This document shows, one piece after another, positions 38,935-49,843 of a stretch of 64,000 nucleotides of DNA (its first letter is position 1; every line of letters starts with the position of its first letter). The stretch lies in contig CAWJBB010000058.1 in the NCBI GenBank assembly GCA_963840855.1, forward strand, positions 32,001 to 96,000, read 5' to 3'. The translations under genes and the position numbers were made by a program. Below the pieces are notes generated by a model that did not search any database, had not been told where the DNA came from, and saw nothing but the letters and a program-made list of their open reading frames with translations. This DNA is from an uncultured delta proteobacterium. Its GTDB lineage: Bacteria; Desulfobacterota; Binatia; UBA9968.

Positions 38935-40452
38935 ATGGCCAAAGAAAGGACCAGCGTTCGTATGCGAGCTCAAATCAAAACCCTGTCCGAACAGGGGCAC
39001 TCCGTTCGCCGTATTGCCCGGATACTTCGGCTTTCGCGCAGGACGGTGCGGAAGTTTTTGGAGCCCACCGCAGAGCCGCCCAGTGAGAGCGGTGGTTGGG
39101 TTGAGACGGTTGACTGGGAGTATGTCCGCCAGGAAGTCTATGGCAAAGGGACCACGGTCAAGCAGATCCAGCGGGAGGTGGCCCCCGAGACAGGGTATGT
39201 AAAGTTTTGGCGTCAGTTTCGGGAAAAGGTTAGTGTGCAAGCCTCACCCGATCAAGTGACTATCCGGCTTCATCACAAGCCTGCGGAAAAAACCCAGATC
39301 GATTTTTCAGACGGTCTGTTTATCACCGAGCGAGGGACGGGAAACAAGACACTGACCCAGTTTTTCTTAGGGGTTCTGCCCTTCAGCTCGTATACCTTCG
39401 GGGAATTCGTTCTAGATCAGAAGCTTTCCACCTTCATCGGGGTCCAGCAGCGCATGTTCGCCTACTTTGGTGGGATAACCCCCTACGTAGTGGTGGACAA
39501 TCTCAAGAGCGGTGTCCACAAGGCCGATCTGTACGACCCCGATGTAAATCCCACCTACTGTGATTTTGCCAATCACATGGGCTTTGCGGTACTGCCGGCC
39601 AGACCCTACAAGGCCCGGGACAAGGGCTCTGGGGAATGCCACATCGGAGTGATCCAAAGAGGGTTTTTCCAGGAGGTCCGTAACCGGGTCTTCTATTCTC
39701 TCCAAGATCTCAATCAAACCCTCAGGGAATATCTTCATCGGTTGAACCGCGAGGTGATGAAAGACTACGGGGTGAGCCGCAACCAGCGCTTCGAGCAAGA
39801 GAAAAAGCAATTAAAGGCCCTGCCACCCTCTCCCTTCGAGTTAAGCGAGTGGCGCCAGGCTAAAGTCCATCCCGACTGCCATATCCAAGTGGAGAAAAAC
39901 TTCTACTCGGTCCCCTTTGTCTACGTCAGCCAAAGGGTCCGGGTCAGGCTCACCGAGAAAATTGTGGAAGTGTTTAGTGAGGACAGCCAGCCCCTTACCG
40001 CTCACACCAGACTGATGGGGATCGGACAGTTCTCCACCTATGATTTCCATTATCCCGAAGCCAAGCTGAGCGTGGCGCGCTTTGAAGTCCGTCACGCTCA
40101 AGAACAGGCCAAAAAGCTTGGCCCCCATGTCGAGAAGTTACTCGATGATCTGCTCTCAGGCCAACATCCCTTGCGCCATCTAAGACGGGTCCAAGGAATC
40201 TTGCGGCTTGCCAAACGCTATCCCATCACGGCTGAAGCTTTGGACCATGCATGCCAGCGGGCGATTGTCTTCAACAAGACATGGCTCGCCTACATCAAAG
40301 ACTGCGCCCTTTACTTTGTTAGCCACGGCCAAAGACCCACGCTTCTTCCCCCGCAGAGAAAGCTGGATACCGTGCATCTACACCAATACGCTGCCAACTC
40401 GGGCTCAGATTCTGAACTGTCGCTGCCGTCGGTGGAGGAGGAACTGCTATGA
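38935..40452 (+). CDS. istA: IS21 transposase
   Basis: HTH SVRRIARIL..SRRTVRK; QIDF, VVDNLKS, DKGSGE DDE; NFYSVP. Confidence 0.95.
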   Translation: MAKERTSVRMRAQIKTLSEQGHSVRRIARILRLSRRTVRKFLEPTAEPPSESGGWVETVDWEYVRQEVYGKGTTVKQIQREVAPETGYVKFWRQFREKVSVQASPDQVTIRLHHKPAEKTQIDFSDGLFITERGTGNKTLTQFFLGVLPFSSYTFGEFVLDQKLSTFIGVQQRMFAYFGGITPYVVVDNLKSGVHKADLYDPDVNPTYCDFANHMGFAVLPARPYKARDKGSGECHIGVIQRGFFQEVRNRVFYSLQDLNQTLREYLHRLNREVMKDYGVSRNQRFEQEKKQLKALPPSPFELSEWRQAKVHPDCHIQVEKNFYSVPFVYVSQRVRVRLTEKIVEVFSEDSQPLTAHTRLMGIGQFSTYDFHYPEAKLSVARFEVRHAQEQAKKLGPHVEKLLDDLLSGQHPLRHLRRVQGILRLAKRYPITAEALDHACQRAIVFNKTWLAYIKDCALYFVSHGQRPTLLPPQRKLDTVHLHQYAANSGSDSELSLPSVEEELL

Positions 40453-40622
40453 GCACGAGCTTAAAATCCAGCCCCAACCTGATTTTTTACCTCCCAGAGC
40501 AGGGAGCAGAGAAAAACGACCTCCACAGAGGCCCTATAAACGACGATCTCGCTTTGACCCATACCTTGGGTACCCCCCAAAACAGCCGTTTCACCAGGAG
40601 GTCTCCCCGCCATGATGCTTGA
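40449..40622 (+). CDS. Possible 57-aa ORF between istA and istB
   Basis: GGAGGAGG RBS, ATGA overlap with the istA stop, overlaps the istB start. Confidence 0.3.
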   Translation: MSTSLKSSPNLIFYLPEQGAEKNDLHRGPINDDLALTHTLGTPQNSRFTRRSPRHDA

Positions 40623-41367
40623 TCAAGTCAGAAACCTTTCCCACCAGATGCGCCTGTTTGGCATCCATGAAGCCTGCGAACGGCAAGCCCAGATCGCTTT
40701 GTCCCAGCAGCTCCATCCCCTGGAGTTTTTACGCTTGCTGCTCGAAGATGAACTGTTGTCGCGCAAAGACCGAACCGCCAAGGCGCTGGTGACCAAGGCC
40801 CGCTTTCGGTTCCGCGCCGATCTGGAAGACTTAGATTTAGCGTTCCACAAGGATCTGACCAAAGCCAAGATCAAAGAACTCTGCGAGCTCGGCTTCCTCC
40901 ATAACCTGGAGAATCTTTTGATTTTAGGTAAAACCGGTTTGGGAAAGACTCATCTAGCGATAGCCTTGGGAAAACGGCTGTGCCAGGAAGGTCATCCCAC
41001 TCAATTCTTGCCAGTCAACTTCCTGTTCGAGGAAATCCAAGCTGCCAGGGCCGCCGGCCGTTACCTCAACTACATCCGTAGTCTCATCAAGGCCAAGGTT
41101 TTGATCCTCGATGACCTGGGGTTAAGAAACTATACCCACGAGGAAGCCACTTCCCTGATGGACATCCTCGAAGAGCGCTACCGCAAGGCTCCCCTCATCG
41201 TTACTTCCCAGGTTGAGCCTCAGGGATGGCTCAAACTGTTTGAAGATCCGGTGATCGCCGAGGCCATCGTGGATCGGCTGATTCATCCATCTCAGAAAAT
41301 CACCTTGAAAGGAGAGAAGTCCTATAGAGAAAAACTCACAGAGAAAAAATCAGGATTGAAAAACTAG
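40612..41367 (+). CDS. istB: IS21 helper AAA+ ATPase
   Basis: GKTGLGKTHLA, LILDDLG, EERY, AEAIVDRL, SYR. Confidence 0.95.
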   Translation: MMLDQVRNLSHQMRLFGIHEACERQAQIALSQQLHPLEFLRLLLEDELLSRKDRTAKALVTKARFRFRADLEDLDLAFHKDLTKAKIKELCELGFLHNLENLLILGKTGLGKTHLAIALGKRLCQEGHPTQFLPVNFLFEEIQAARAAGRYLNYIRSLIKAKVLILDDLGLRNYTHEEATSLMDILEERYRKAPLIVTSQVEPQGWLKLFEDPVIAEAIVDRLIHPSQKITLKGEKSYREKLTEKKSGLKN

Positions 41368-41504
41368 GGAGGCTTATTGTAGACAGTCAAGATAACTTCG
41401 TCGCTTCGCTCCGCTGAATTGGGTGGTCCCCTTCGTTGAAATCGGGTGGGTCCCTTCAGTGAAATCGAACAACCCTTAATTTAAGTACCAAAGGAGACAA
41501 GATT

Positions 41505-43217
41505 ATGCATGGCGGACAAGCGATGTTGAAAGCAATGCAGCGCACCGGCATCGATTACATTTTTTCTTCTCCAGGCTCGGAATGGCCGCCGGTATGGGAA
41601 GCCCTGGCCGAGCAAACTGCGCAAGGCATCAAAAAACCCGGCTACATCAACTGCCGCCATGAAGCCGTCGCCGTCGCCATGGCTGCGGGTTACATCAAAA
41701 CCACCAACCGGCCCCAGATCGTCATGCTGCACGCCACCGCGGGGCCGCTCAACGCCGCGATGACGTTGCGCGCGGCGCTGCATGAGCGCACGCCGATGGT
41801 AATTCTGACCGGCGAGATCGCCGCCTACGGCGAGAACGCCAAAGTCGCCGACCCCGGCGGCCAGTGGCTCCATGACCTCACCGATCTCGGTGGCTCCCCC
41901 GATCTCTTGCGCAGCTGCGTAAAGTGGGCGGACCGCATCGCATCGGCGGAGTTGTTGGCTCCTACTGTCGAGCGCGCCGTACGCATCGCCGTGGAGCCGC
42001 CTGCGGGACCGGTTCTCATCGGCGTTCCGTTCGAATGCATGATGGAAGAAGTCAACTGGACAGATCACGGTAAACCAAACGAAGTGGTGCGGCCGCTGGC
42101 AGTTGACGACGCGGCGATTGACAGAGCATTACGTCTGATTGCGGCGGCGAAAAATCCGGTCGCCGTGACGGAGCATGTCGGCGGCGACCCGCGCGCGGTG
42201 GAATTGCTGGTAGAGCTTTGCGAACTGTTTTCCATCCCGGTGATGGAAACTTACCGGCCGGCGTTTATGAATTTCCCGCGGACCCATCCGCTTTATCAGC
42301 ACCATGACCCGAAAGTCGTCGATGCAGCGGACCTCGTCCTCATGGTCGACGCGGTCACACCCTGGTACCCGGCAAGCAAGGCGCCGAAGAATGCCAAAGT
42401 CATAACCATTGCCGCAGAGTTTCCCAACTCGCGGCTTCCCTACTGGGGTTATAACGTCGATCTCGCGCTGGTGGCGCCGCCGGCGGCGACCTTGGAAAAG
42501 CTCTTGAAGAAAGCCAAATCGTCCGAGCATGTGGCCGCCAACCGGGCACCTTATGATGCACGCCTCAAACGCAGCCAGGAGCAGCACGACAGTTATTTTG
42601 GCAAGTTGAAAGACGAAGCACAGAAGCATGCTGCCGATACACCCATCGATCCGCGCTGGCTCTGCCACGCTCTGGGTCAAGCGCTCCCGGAGAACGCCGT
42701 GATCTCGGAAGAGACCACGGTCTATCGCAGCTTGATTCAAGAAACGATCCCGCGCGGCAAAACCCAATCCTATTTCGCGCGCGTCACCGGAGGACTCGGC
42801 GTCGGGTTGAGCTATGCCCTCGGTGTCAAACTCGCCATGCCCGAGCGTCCGGTCTTCGCGCTGATCGGCGACGGCGCCTTTCATTACAACGCGGTGCCTT
42901 CTTGCCTTGGCGTGGCGGAGGAATATCGCCTGCCGATTCACGCCGTGGTGTTCAACAATGGGCGCTATCTGTCGATGGAAAGCAGTCTCATAAAATACTT
43001 TCCCGACGGGGCGGCGAAGAAAACCGGAGTTCACTACGGCGCTGAAATCGGACCCAGGCCGGATTACCAGTTCTACGCGAAAGCCCACGGCGGCCACGGT
43101 ATCCGAGTGGAGAAGCCCAACGAGATCGCGCCCGCCATCGAGCAGGCGCTCGAGTGCGAAAAAGAAGGAAAACTTACCGTCATCGACATGGTGTTGAGCG
43201 ATTTCAATCCGCGCTGA
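41505..43217 (+). CDS. Thiamine pyrophosphate-dependent enzyme (acetolactate synthase/benzoylformate decarboxylase-like)
   Basis: PGSE, RHEAVA, GDGAFHY...FNNG. Confidence 0.92.
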   Translation: MHGGQAMLKAMQRTGIDYIFSSPGSEWPPVWEALAEQTAQGIKKPGYINCRHEAVAVAMAAGYIKTTNRPQIVMLHATAGPLNAAMTLRAALHERTPMVILTGEIAAYGENAKVADPGGQWLHDLTDLGGSPDLLRSCVKWADRIASAELLAPTVERAVRIAVEPPAGPVLIGVPFECMMEEVNWTDHGKPNEVVRPLAVDDAAIDRALRLIAAAKNPVAVTEHVGGDPRAVELLVELCELFSIPVMETYRPAFMNFPRTHPLYQHHDPKVVDAADLVLMVDAVTPWYPASKAPKNAKVITIAAEFPNSRLPYWGYNVDLALVAPPAATLEKLLKKAKSSEHVAANRAPYDARLKRSQEQHDSYFGKLKDEAQKHAADTPIDPRWLCHALGQALPENAVISEETTVYRSLIQETIPRGKTQSYFARVTGGLGVGLSYALGVKLAMPERPVFALIGDGAFHYNAVPSCLGVAEEYRLPIHAVVFNNGRYLSMESSLIKYFPDGAAKKTGVHYGAEIGPRPDYQFYAKAHGGHGIRVEKPNEIAPAIEQALECEKEGKLTVIDMVLSDFNPR

Positions 43218-43309
43218 ACGGGTTGCGTGCGTTACTTGATAGATGGAGAACTTAACCAAACTGTTTCAAGCTTTCTGTTGGACTTCGAATTACGGTATCG
43301 TAACGATTA

Positions 43310-43560
43310 CTCGCGCAAAGCATGTCCTGAGCTACGTCGAAGGGGCGCAAAGCACGCTAAGAGTGAGAACAAGAAATTCGAAGCACGAAATGCAAAACTC
43401 GAAACAAGTTTAAATGACTAAAACCAAATGCAATGTTCTAAACTGGGAGCTTCGGAGTAGTGTTTTGGTATTTCTTATAATTGGGTGTCTGATTGACTGC
43501 CAATTTGTTTCGAATTTCGATATTCGAATTTCGGATTTTGATTACGTGGCGTCTTAGCGT
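43310..43560. repeat. Nested REP cluster
   Basis: tcgcgcaaag, cctgagctacgtcgaagg, and the cgaaat../..tttcga heptamer inverted array. Confidence 0.65.
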
Positions 43561-43663
43561 GCCACTCGTGGTTCGTGTCCCGACGAAGAGACAGAGATTC
43601 ACCGGCTGCGGTAAGTTTCTTTGCTTCTACGTGGTAGGGTGACCCGATTGGATCGGCGGCTGG

Positions 43664-44137
43664 ATGAAGCCAAAAGTTTACATCGAAACAACCGTCGTGA
43701 GTTACCTTACTGCTCGGGGAAGTCGGGACCTGATTGTGGCTGCCCATCAGGAACTGACTCAGGAGTGGTGGCAGCGCCGCCGGGGCGAGTTTGAACTCTA
43801 TTGCTCTCAACTCGTGATCCAAGAAGCCGGCGGCGGCCATAAGGAGGCGGCGCAACGTCGTCTCCAAATTCTCCAGAGCCTTTCCATTCTAGAAATCAAC
43901 GACGCCGCTAAGGAGTTGGCGCGTCACGTAGCCAAGGCAGCGGCCATACCGAGAAAAGCCACGGAGGATGCGCTTCATATCGCCTTGGCAACGGTTCATG
44001 GTATGGATTACCTACTTACTTGGAACTGCAAGCACATCGCTAATGCGGAAATGCAAAGATCCGTGACGCTAATGTGCCATCTACGAGGTTACGAACCGCC
44101 GGTGATTTGCACACCCGAAGAATTGATGGGGGATTAA
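43664..44137 (+). CDS. PIN-domain (VapC-like) toxin
   Basis: VYIETTVVS, EDALHIALA, YLLTWNCKHIANA. Confidence 0.88.
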   Translation: MKPKVYIETTVVSYLTARGSRDLIVAAHQELTQEWWQRRRGEFELYCSQLVIQEAGGGHKEAAQRRLQILQSLSILEINDAAKELARHVAKAAAIPRKATEDALHIALATVHGMDYLLTWNCKHIANAEMQRSVTLMCHLRGYEPPVICTPEELMGD

Positions 44138-44138
44138 G

Positions 44139-44315
44139 ATGTGGAAAGATCCGATCGTTGAAGAAGTCAGGAAGATTCGTGAGAAACATGCAGCCAAGTT
44201 CAAGTATGACTTGGACGCTATTTGTCGTGACCTCAAAGAACAGGAGCGAAAAAGTGGACGGCGGGTGGTTTCCCTTCCTGCGAAAAAGCCAGGACGCGGA
44301 GCCAAAACCGGCTGA
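44139..44315 (+). CDS. Small partner/antitoxin-like protein (58 aa)
   Basis: MWKDPIVEEVRKIREKHAAKFKYDLDAI...; starts 1 bp after the PIN stop; homolog at 31399. Confidence 0.75.
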   Translation: MWKDPIVEEVRKIREKHAAKFKYDLDAICRDLKEQERKSGRRVVSLPAKKPGRGAKTG

Positions 44316-44508
44316 CTCGGAACCATCACGTCTAACCAGTGATTTAAGCGTGCGTTTCTGTGCCTCTGGAAGGGACGTTGGTGAAGCCAAACTGACACGA
44401 GAGTTTCACAAAAGTCTTTTGTTCACATTTCGCCGTTCGCAATTCTCGCTCTGCAATGACGCGGACGATAGGGCTTGGGAATAGCTTCAATCCAAAATCG
44501 GAGAACGG

Positions 44509-47500
44509 ATGCCGACTGCTAAGAAATCCCAATCGAAGCCGCGACGCCCCTCCCTCAAGGAGACTAACGCCAAGTTAAATCGGGAGAACAACGAACTACG
44601 GCGCGAGCTGCAGGCGCGCGACCGCGATCTCACCGAAGCTCTGGAGCAGCAGACCGCTACCAGGGAGATACTTCGCGTAATCGCCAGCTCGCCGACAAAT
44701 CTTCAGCCTGTGCTAGATACAATGGCGGAAACTGCCGCGAGGCTCTGTGATGCGACCGACGCGGTAATCTTCCGTGCTGATGATGACTTCTATCAGCCAG
44801 TGGCCTCATACGGACCGGTCCCGGTTCCCGAGCGTGATCTACCTAGACCCATTGAGCGCGATCACATACCCGGTCGAGCCATAATTGACCGGCAAACCAT
44901 TCACATTCATGACCTTGCAGCCGAGCCAGAGAATGACCTGCGAGCGCCCATGGCCAGAAGTCTCGGCGTCCGCACGGTGCTTGCCACACCATTGCTACGT
45001 GAGGGTGCCCCGATCGGGGCAATCATGATCCGTCGAATGCAGGTTCGGACTTTCTCGGAAAAACAGATTGCCCTTCTCAAGACGTTCGCGGATCAAGCCG
45101 TGATCGCGATTGAGAACGTGCGGCTGTTCCAGGAGCTGCAGGCCCGCAATCGCGACTTAACCGAGGCGTTGGAACAGCAGACGGCGACAGGTGAAGTCCT
45201 GCGAGTCATCGCCTCCTCACCTACCGAGCTTCAACCGGTTCTCGATACACTGCTCGCGAACGCGGTGAAGTTATCCGGCGCGACCAAGGGTCACGTCCGT
45301 CAAGTCGACGGAGAGTTTCTGCGAGTTGTGGCGCATTTTGGCGAGACAGCTGAACAGATTGCGCTTTACCACAGGTTTCCTGTTCCGGCGGTCCCCGAGA
45401 CGTCGGTTGGTGCCCGCGCGCTTATCGAGAAGAAACCGATCCATGTCCTTGACGTTCAAGCGGAGAGCAATGTCTCCCAGGTAGCTCGTCAGACTGGAGA
45501 ACGGACAAGACTAGCAGTGCCGTTATTGCGAGAAGGAACAGCAATCGGCACCATCACAATTTGGCGCGACTTTGTGGAAGCGTTTACGGAGCGGCAAATT
45601 GATCTCGTCAAAACCTTCGCTGACCAAGCGGTGATCGCGATCGAGAACGTGCGACTGTTTCAGGAGCTCACTGAGGCGTTGGAGCAGCAGACTGCGACGA
45701 GTGAAATCTTGGGCGTGATCGCCAGCTCGCCGACTGATATCCAGCCTGTGTTGGACACCGTAGTTGAGAACGCGGCCAGAGTTTGCGGCGCCAATGACGC
45801 CGTCATTCGATTAGTCGAGGAGAACCTGTTACGAGCGGCGGCTCACTACGGACCCGTGCCGGAGGTGGCCGACGCTCGGCCTATCAATCGGCAATCACCA
45901 GCAGGTCGAGCGGTACTGGACCGGGCGATTATACATATACCTGACTGGAGCGCGCTCCCACCGAGCGAATATCCTGAGGTTAGTGAGTCAAGTTTGCGAG
46001 TTGGTATCGGAACCGCATTGGCCGTACCCCTTATGCGAGAATCGGTCGCCATCGGTGAGATCCATATTCGTCGCACCGAGGTTCGCCCATTCACCGAAAA
46101 ACAGATCGCTCTCCTCAAAACCTCCGCTGACCAAGCGGTGATTGCCATAGAGAACGTGCGGTTGTTCCAAGAACTGCAAGTTCGCAACCGCGACCTCACC
46201 GAAGCGTTGGAGCAACAGACAGCGACCAGCGAGATCCTACGCGTGATCAGCAGCTCGCCAACTGACCTGCAACCGGTCTTCGAAGCTATAGCAGGGAGCG
46301 CCGCGCGCTTGTGTGAGGCGACGTTCGCCGCTCTGCACAGGTTCGATGGCCAGGTGGTCACGTTCGAGGCTCACCATGGCATGACCGAGCCGGAGGTCGA
46401 AGAGTCACGCCGCAGGTTCCCACGACCCCCCGACCGGGAGATCGCCGTGGGCCGCGCGATCCTGGATCGACGGATCGCTCACATCCACGACATCCGGCGC
46501 GATCCGGAATACCGCGTTACGATGGGGCAAATGTCGTTTCGGACCGTGCTGGCGGTGCCGCTGCTACGGGAGGGTAAAGCCGTTGGCGCGATGGGCCTTT
46601 GGCGGCGCGAGGTCCAGCCGTTCTCTGACAAGCAGATCGCTCTCCTCAAAACCTTCGCCGACCAGGCGGTGATTGCCATCGAAAACGTGCGGCTGTTCCA
46701 AGAGCTGCAGGTCCGTAACCGCGATCTCAGTGAAGCGCTGGAACAGCAGACGGCAACGAGCGAGATATTGCGCGTCATCGCGAGCTCGCCCACGGACATC
46801 CAGCCGGTGTTAAACACCGTCGCAGCAAATGCCGCCCGACTATGCGAGGCAACCGATGCACAGATCCGCCTTGTTGAGGGTGACGGAACGCGATTAGTGG
46901 CATCATTCGGAACTCTGCCGGCCCCGGAGTTTAGGCCCATGGGCCTACGAGTTCCCACTGGTCGAGCACTTCTTAACCGAGAAACTGTACATGTTCACGA
47001 TCTTCAGGAAGCTATGAAAACCGAATTCCCCGACAGCCAGGCGCTGGTAATTGGCTCGGGAGTACGGACATTTCTTAGTACGCCGATGCTCAGAGAGGGA
47101 ACCCCCATTGGCCTAATCAACATTAGGCGATTGGTGGTTCGTCCTTTCTCAGACCGACAGATCAAACTGCTCGAAACCTTCGCTAGTCAGGCGGTGATCG
47201 CCATCGAGAACGTCCGGCTGTTTAAAGAATTGGATGAGCGAACCAACGAATTGACACGCTCGGTAGGCGAGCTCAAAGCCCTCGGCGAAGTTGGTCAGGC
47301 GGTCAGCTCCACGCTCGATCTCGAAACCGTGCTGACGAGCATCGTCTCCCATGCGGTCCAGTTGAGCGGCACCGACGGTGGGGCGATTTACGAATACGAC
47401 GAGCCCTCGGAAGAGTTTCTCCTGCGCGCGACCGACCATATGGAGGAGGAACTCATCAATGCGCTTCGTGCCAATCCACCTCGGCTGGGAGATGGCGTGG

Positions 47501-48522
47501 TCGGGCGGGCGGCGGCAAGCCATGAACCGGTGCAGGTCCCGAACATCCTGGAAGAGCGCGCTTACGCTCCGCGCATGCGCGAGATGCTGGAACGCTTCGG
47601 TTTCCGTGCCAGCCTGGCCGTTCCCTTGCTTCGCGAAGGCCACATCATCGGCGGGTTGGTGGTGCGGCGAAAATCGATCGGGGAGTTTCGCCCCGAAGTC
47701 ATCGAGCTTTTGAAAACCTTCGCGACCCAGTCGGTACTAGCAATCCAGAACGCCCGGCTGTTTCGGGAGATCGAGGACAAGAGCCGGCAGATCGAAGCCG
47801 CCAATCGCCACAAGTCGGAGTTCCTCGCCAACATGTCCCATGAGCTGCGCACGCCGCTCAATGCCATCATTGGCTTCTCTGAGGTATTGGGCGAGAGATT
47901 GTTCGGCGAGCTAAACGAGAAACAAGCCGAGTACACCGACGACATTCTCTCCTCCGGCCGCCATCTGTTATCTCTCATCAATGAGATTCTGGATCTTTCC
48001 AAGGTCGAGGCAGGCCGCATGGAGTTGGAACTGGCTACCTTCGATCTGCCCTTGGCAATAGACAACGCGCGCACCTTTGTGCGTGAACGTGCCACCAGGC
48101 ACGGCATTACCCTCGACGTCACTATCGACGACCGGCTCAGCGACTTCGTCGGTGACGAGCGCAAGATAAAGCAGATACTTCTCAATCTCCTTTCCAACGC
48201 CGTGAAGTTCACCCCAGAGGGAGGAAGAATCGGAATTAACGCCAGGCAGGCTGATAGTTCTGTGGAGATTTCTGTAACTGACTCCGGCATCGGCATTGCC
48301 CCAGAGGACCAGCCAAAGGTTTTCGAGGAATTTCGCCAGGTGGGCGCCGACTACGCGCACAAGAGCGAGGGGACCGGACTGGGGTTAACGCTGGCCAAGA
48401 AGTTTGTCGAGTTGCATGGGGGAAAGATCTGGGTAGAGAGCGAAGTGGGCAAAGGCAGTAAGTTCACGTTCACGCTGCCGGTCAACCCTCACCCATTCCC
48501 TCTCCCAGAGGGAGAGGGTTAG
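44509..48522 (+). CDS. Cytoplasmic sensor histidine kinase with 6 GAF domains
   Basis: 5x [11 protein letters not shown] plus 1x [11 protein letters not shown]; [30 protein letters not shown]. Confidence 0.95.
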   Translation: MPTAKKSQSKPRRPSLKETNAKLNRENNELRRELQARDRDLTEALEQQTATREILRVIASSPTNLQPVLDTMAETAARLCDATDAVIFRADDDFYQPVASYGPVPVPERDLPRPIERDHIPGRAIIDRQTIHIHDLAAEPENDLRAPMARSLGVRTVLATPLLREGAPIGAIMIRRMQVRTFSEKQIALLKTFADQAVIAIENVRLFQELQARNRDLTEALEQQTATGEVLRVIASSPTELQPVLDTLLANAVKLSGATKGHVRQVDGEFLRVVAHFGETAEQIALYHRFPVPAVPETSVGARALIEKKPIHVLDVQAESNVSQVARQTGERTRLAVPLLREGTAIGTITIWRDFVEAFTERQIDLVKTFADQAVIAIENVRLFQELTEALEQQTATSEILGVIASSPTDIQPVLDTVVENAARVCGANDAVIRLVEENLLRAAAHYGPVPEVADARPINRQSPAGRAVLDRAIIHIPDWSALPPSEYPEVSESSLRVGIGTALAVPLMRESVAIGEIHIRRTEVRPFTEKQIALLKTSADQAVIAIENVRLFQELQVRNRDLTEALEQQTATSEILRVISSSPTDLQPVFEAIAGSAARLCEATFAALHRFDGQVVTFEAHHGMTEPEVEESRRRFPRPPDREIAVGRAILDRRIAHIHDIRRDPEYRVTMGQMSFRTVLAVPLLREGKAVGAMGLWRREVQPFSDKQIALLKTFADQAVIAIENVRLFQELQVRNRDLSEALEQQTATSEILRVIASSPTDIQPVLNTVAANAARLCEATDAQIRLVEGDGTRLVASFGTLPAPEFRPMGLRVPTGRALLNRETVHVHDLQEAMKTEFPDSQALVIGSGVRTFLSTPMLREGTPIGLINIRRLVVRPFSDRQIKLLETFASQAVIAIENVRLFKELDERTNELTRSVGELKALGEVGQAVSSTLDLETVLTSIVSHAVQLSGTDGGAIYEYDEPSEEFLLRATDHMEEELINALRANPPRLGDGVVGRAAASHEPVQVPNILEERAYAPRMREMLERFGFRASLAVPLLREGHIIGGLVVRRKSIGEFRPEVIELLKTFATQSVLAIQNARLFREIEDKSRQIEAANRHKSEFLANMSHELRTPLNAIIGFSEVLGERLFGELNEKQAEYTDDILSSGRHLLSLINEILDLSKVEAGRMELELATFDLPLAIDNARTFVRERATRHGITLDVTIDDRLSDFVGDERKIKQILLNLLSNAVKFTPEGGRIGINARQADSSVEISVTDSGIGIAPEDQPKVFEEFRQVGADYAHKSEGTGLGLTLAKKFVELHGGKIWVESEVGKGSKFTFTLPVNPHPFPLPEGEG

Positions 48523-48621
48523 GGAGGGAATTCGTTTTTGGATTGGGGAAAGCGGAAAAATTATTCCTGCAAAGGGCTGCACGGAAAGCTTTTCCGGTGA
48601 AAGCTAAATGGGTCACGCGTC

Positions 48622-48656
48622 TTGAGTTTTCTAAAGTTGGACTTTATAATTCTCAA
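48622..48656 (+). promoter_or_regulatory. Sigma70 promoter inside an imperfect palindrome; probably leaderless transcript
   Basis: TTGAGT-17 bp-TATAAT, ATG 8 nt later; ttgagttttctaaagt/actttataattctcaa. Confidence 0.65.
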
Positions 48657-48658
48657 AC

Positions 48659-49843
48659 ATGCAATACGTCCGACGAGGTCTCGAAAGGCAGCTAATTCGG
48701 GCGATAAAGAACTTTCCCGCTGTCGTTTTGACAGGTCCGCGGCGTGCGGGTAAGACGTACCTGCTCCGACGCCTCTTTCCCAGGGCGAGTTACTTTCTAC
48801 TCGAAGACCCTGACGTCGTCGCGCGTCTCCGCGCCGATCCACAGGGGTTCCTTGATGGCGTGAAGACGTCTGCTATTCTTGACGAAGCGCAGAATGTGCC
48901 AGAGGTATTCGCCTTGGTGCGCTCCCGCATCGATCGCCGACCCCGACGCGCCGGCCAATGGCTACTCACGGGCTCGCAAGAGGCCCCGCTCATGCAGGAA
49001 GTGTCGGAGTCCATGGCGGGCCGCGCCGCTGTGCTGCAGCTTTTGCCGTTCTCGACACGCGAGACGCGGAAAGTAACGCTGCTCGGCGGCGGATATCCCG
49101 AGGCCGTGGCGCGCCGAGATGGCGCGCGGTTGTGGTGCAGCTCCTACATACAGACCTACCTTGAGCGGGATGTCCGGGCCGTTACGGCGGTAAAAGATCT
49201 GGCGACTTTCCGGCGGTTTCTAGCGCTGCTGGCTAGCCGTCACGGCCAGGTGCTGAACAAGACCGATCTCGCCGCGCCCCTCGGCGTGAGCGTGCCGACT
49301 ATCACCCAGTGGCTGAGCGTTCTCGAAACGACGGCGCAGATATTGATCGTGCCGCCATTCTTTGAAAATTTCGGCAAGCGCCTGATCAAATCTCCGAAGA
49401 TCTATATCGCGGACTCTGGCTTGGCGTGTCACCTGTTAGGCATCGACTCGGTCGTCGAGCTGGAAAAATCGCCGTTTTACGGCGCATTGTTCGAGGGGTT
49501 TATGGCGGCAGAAATCGTTAAAACCCAGGCCAACTCCGGTAGACGGCGTGAAATCTACTATTTTCGCGACGAGCAGGGGCTTGAGGTCGATTTCCTGGTG
49601 CCGAGGAAAAGTGGCGCGGTTGCACTGGTCGAGTGCAAGGCTTCGCGAACGGTCTCGCCAGCAATGGCGATGCCGATGCAGCGTTTGGCTGAGGCGGTGA
49701 AAAAAAAGCGCCCCAAGGGAACCGTGGTGGGTAAGTTTTTGGTGCATCAGCAGCCGAAGGCGAAAATTCCCACGCAAGCCGTCGCCCCCGGAGTTCGGGC
49801 TCTCGCTTGGCAAGATTTCCTCGAGGAATTTCAGCCGGGTTAG
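48659..49843 (+). CDS. AAA_14 ATPase with DUF4143 C-terminus
   Basis: GPRRAGKT, ILDEAQ, LTGS, ESMAGR, GGYPE, KSPKIYIADSG, EVDF..VECK. Confidence 0.9.
   Translation: MQYVRRGLERQLIRAIKNFPAVVLTGPRRAGKTYLLRRLFPRASYFLLEDPDVVARLRADPQGFLDGVKTSAILDEAQNVPEVFALVRSRIDRRPRRAGQWLLTGSQEAPLMQEVSESMAGRAAVLQLLPFSTRETRKVTLLGGGYPEAVARRDGARLWCSSYIQTYLERDVRAVTAVKDLATFRRFLALLASRHGQVLNKTDLAAPLGVSVPTITQWLSVLETTAQILIVPPFFENFGKRLIKSPKIYIADSGLACHLLGIDSVVELEKSPFYGALFEGFMAAEIVKTQANSGRRREIYYFRDEQGLEVDFLVPRKSGAVALVECKASRTVSPAMAMPMQRLAEAVKKKRPKGTVVGKFLVHQQPKAKIPTQAVAPGVRALAWQDFLEEFQPG

Larger units (their letters stand above)
38783..41471 (+). mobile_element. IS21-family insertion sequence, complete
   Basis: TG...CA ends, long IRs with reiterated gatttcaNNgaagggacccacc units, ACCCTT duplicated at 38777-38782 and 41472-41477. 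Confidence 0.95.

Noticed and set aside
44330-44383. Solo attC after the PIN pair
   Set aside because: gtctaac is present but internal complementarity is weak and the right core (gttggtg) is poor.
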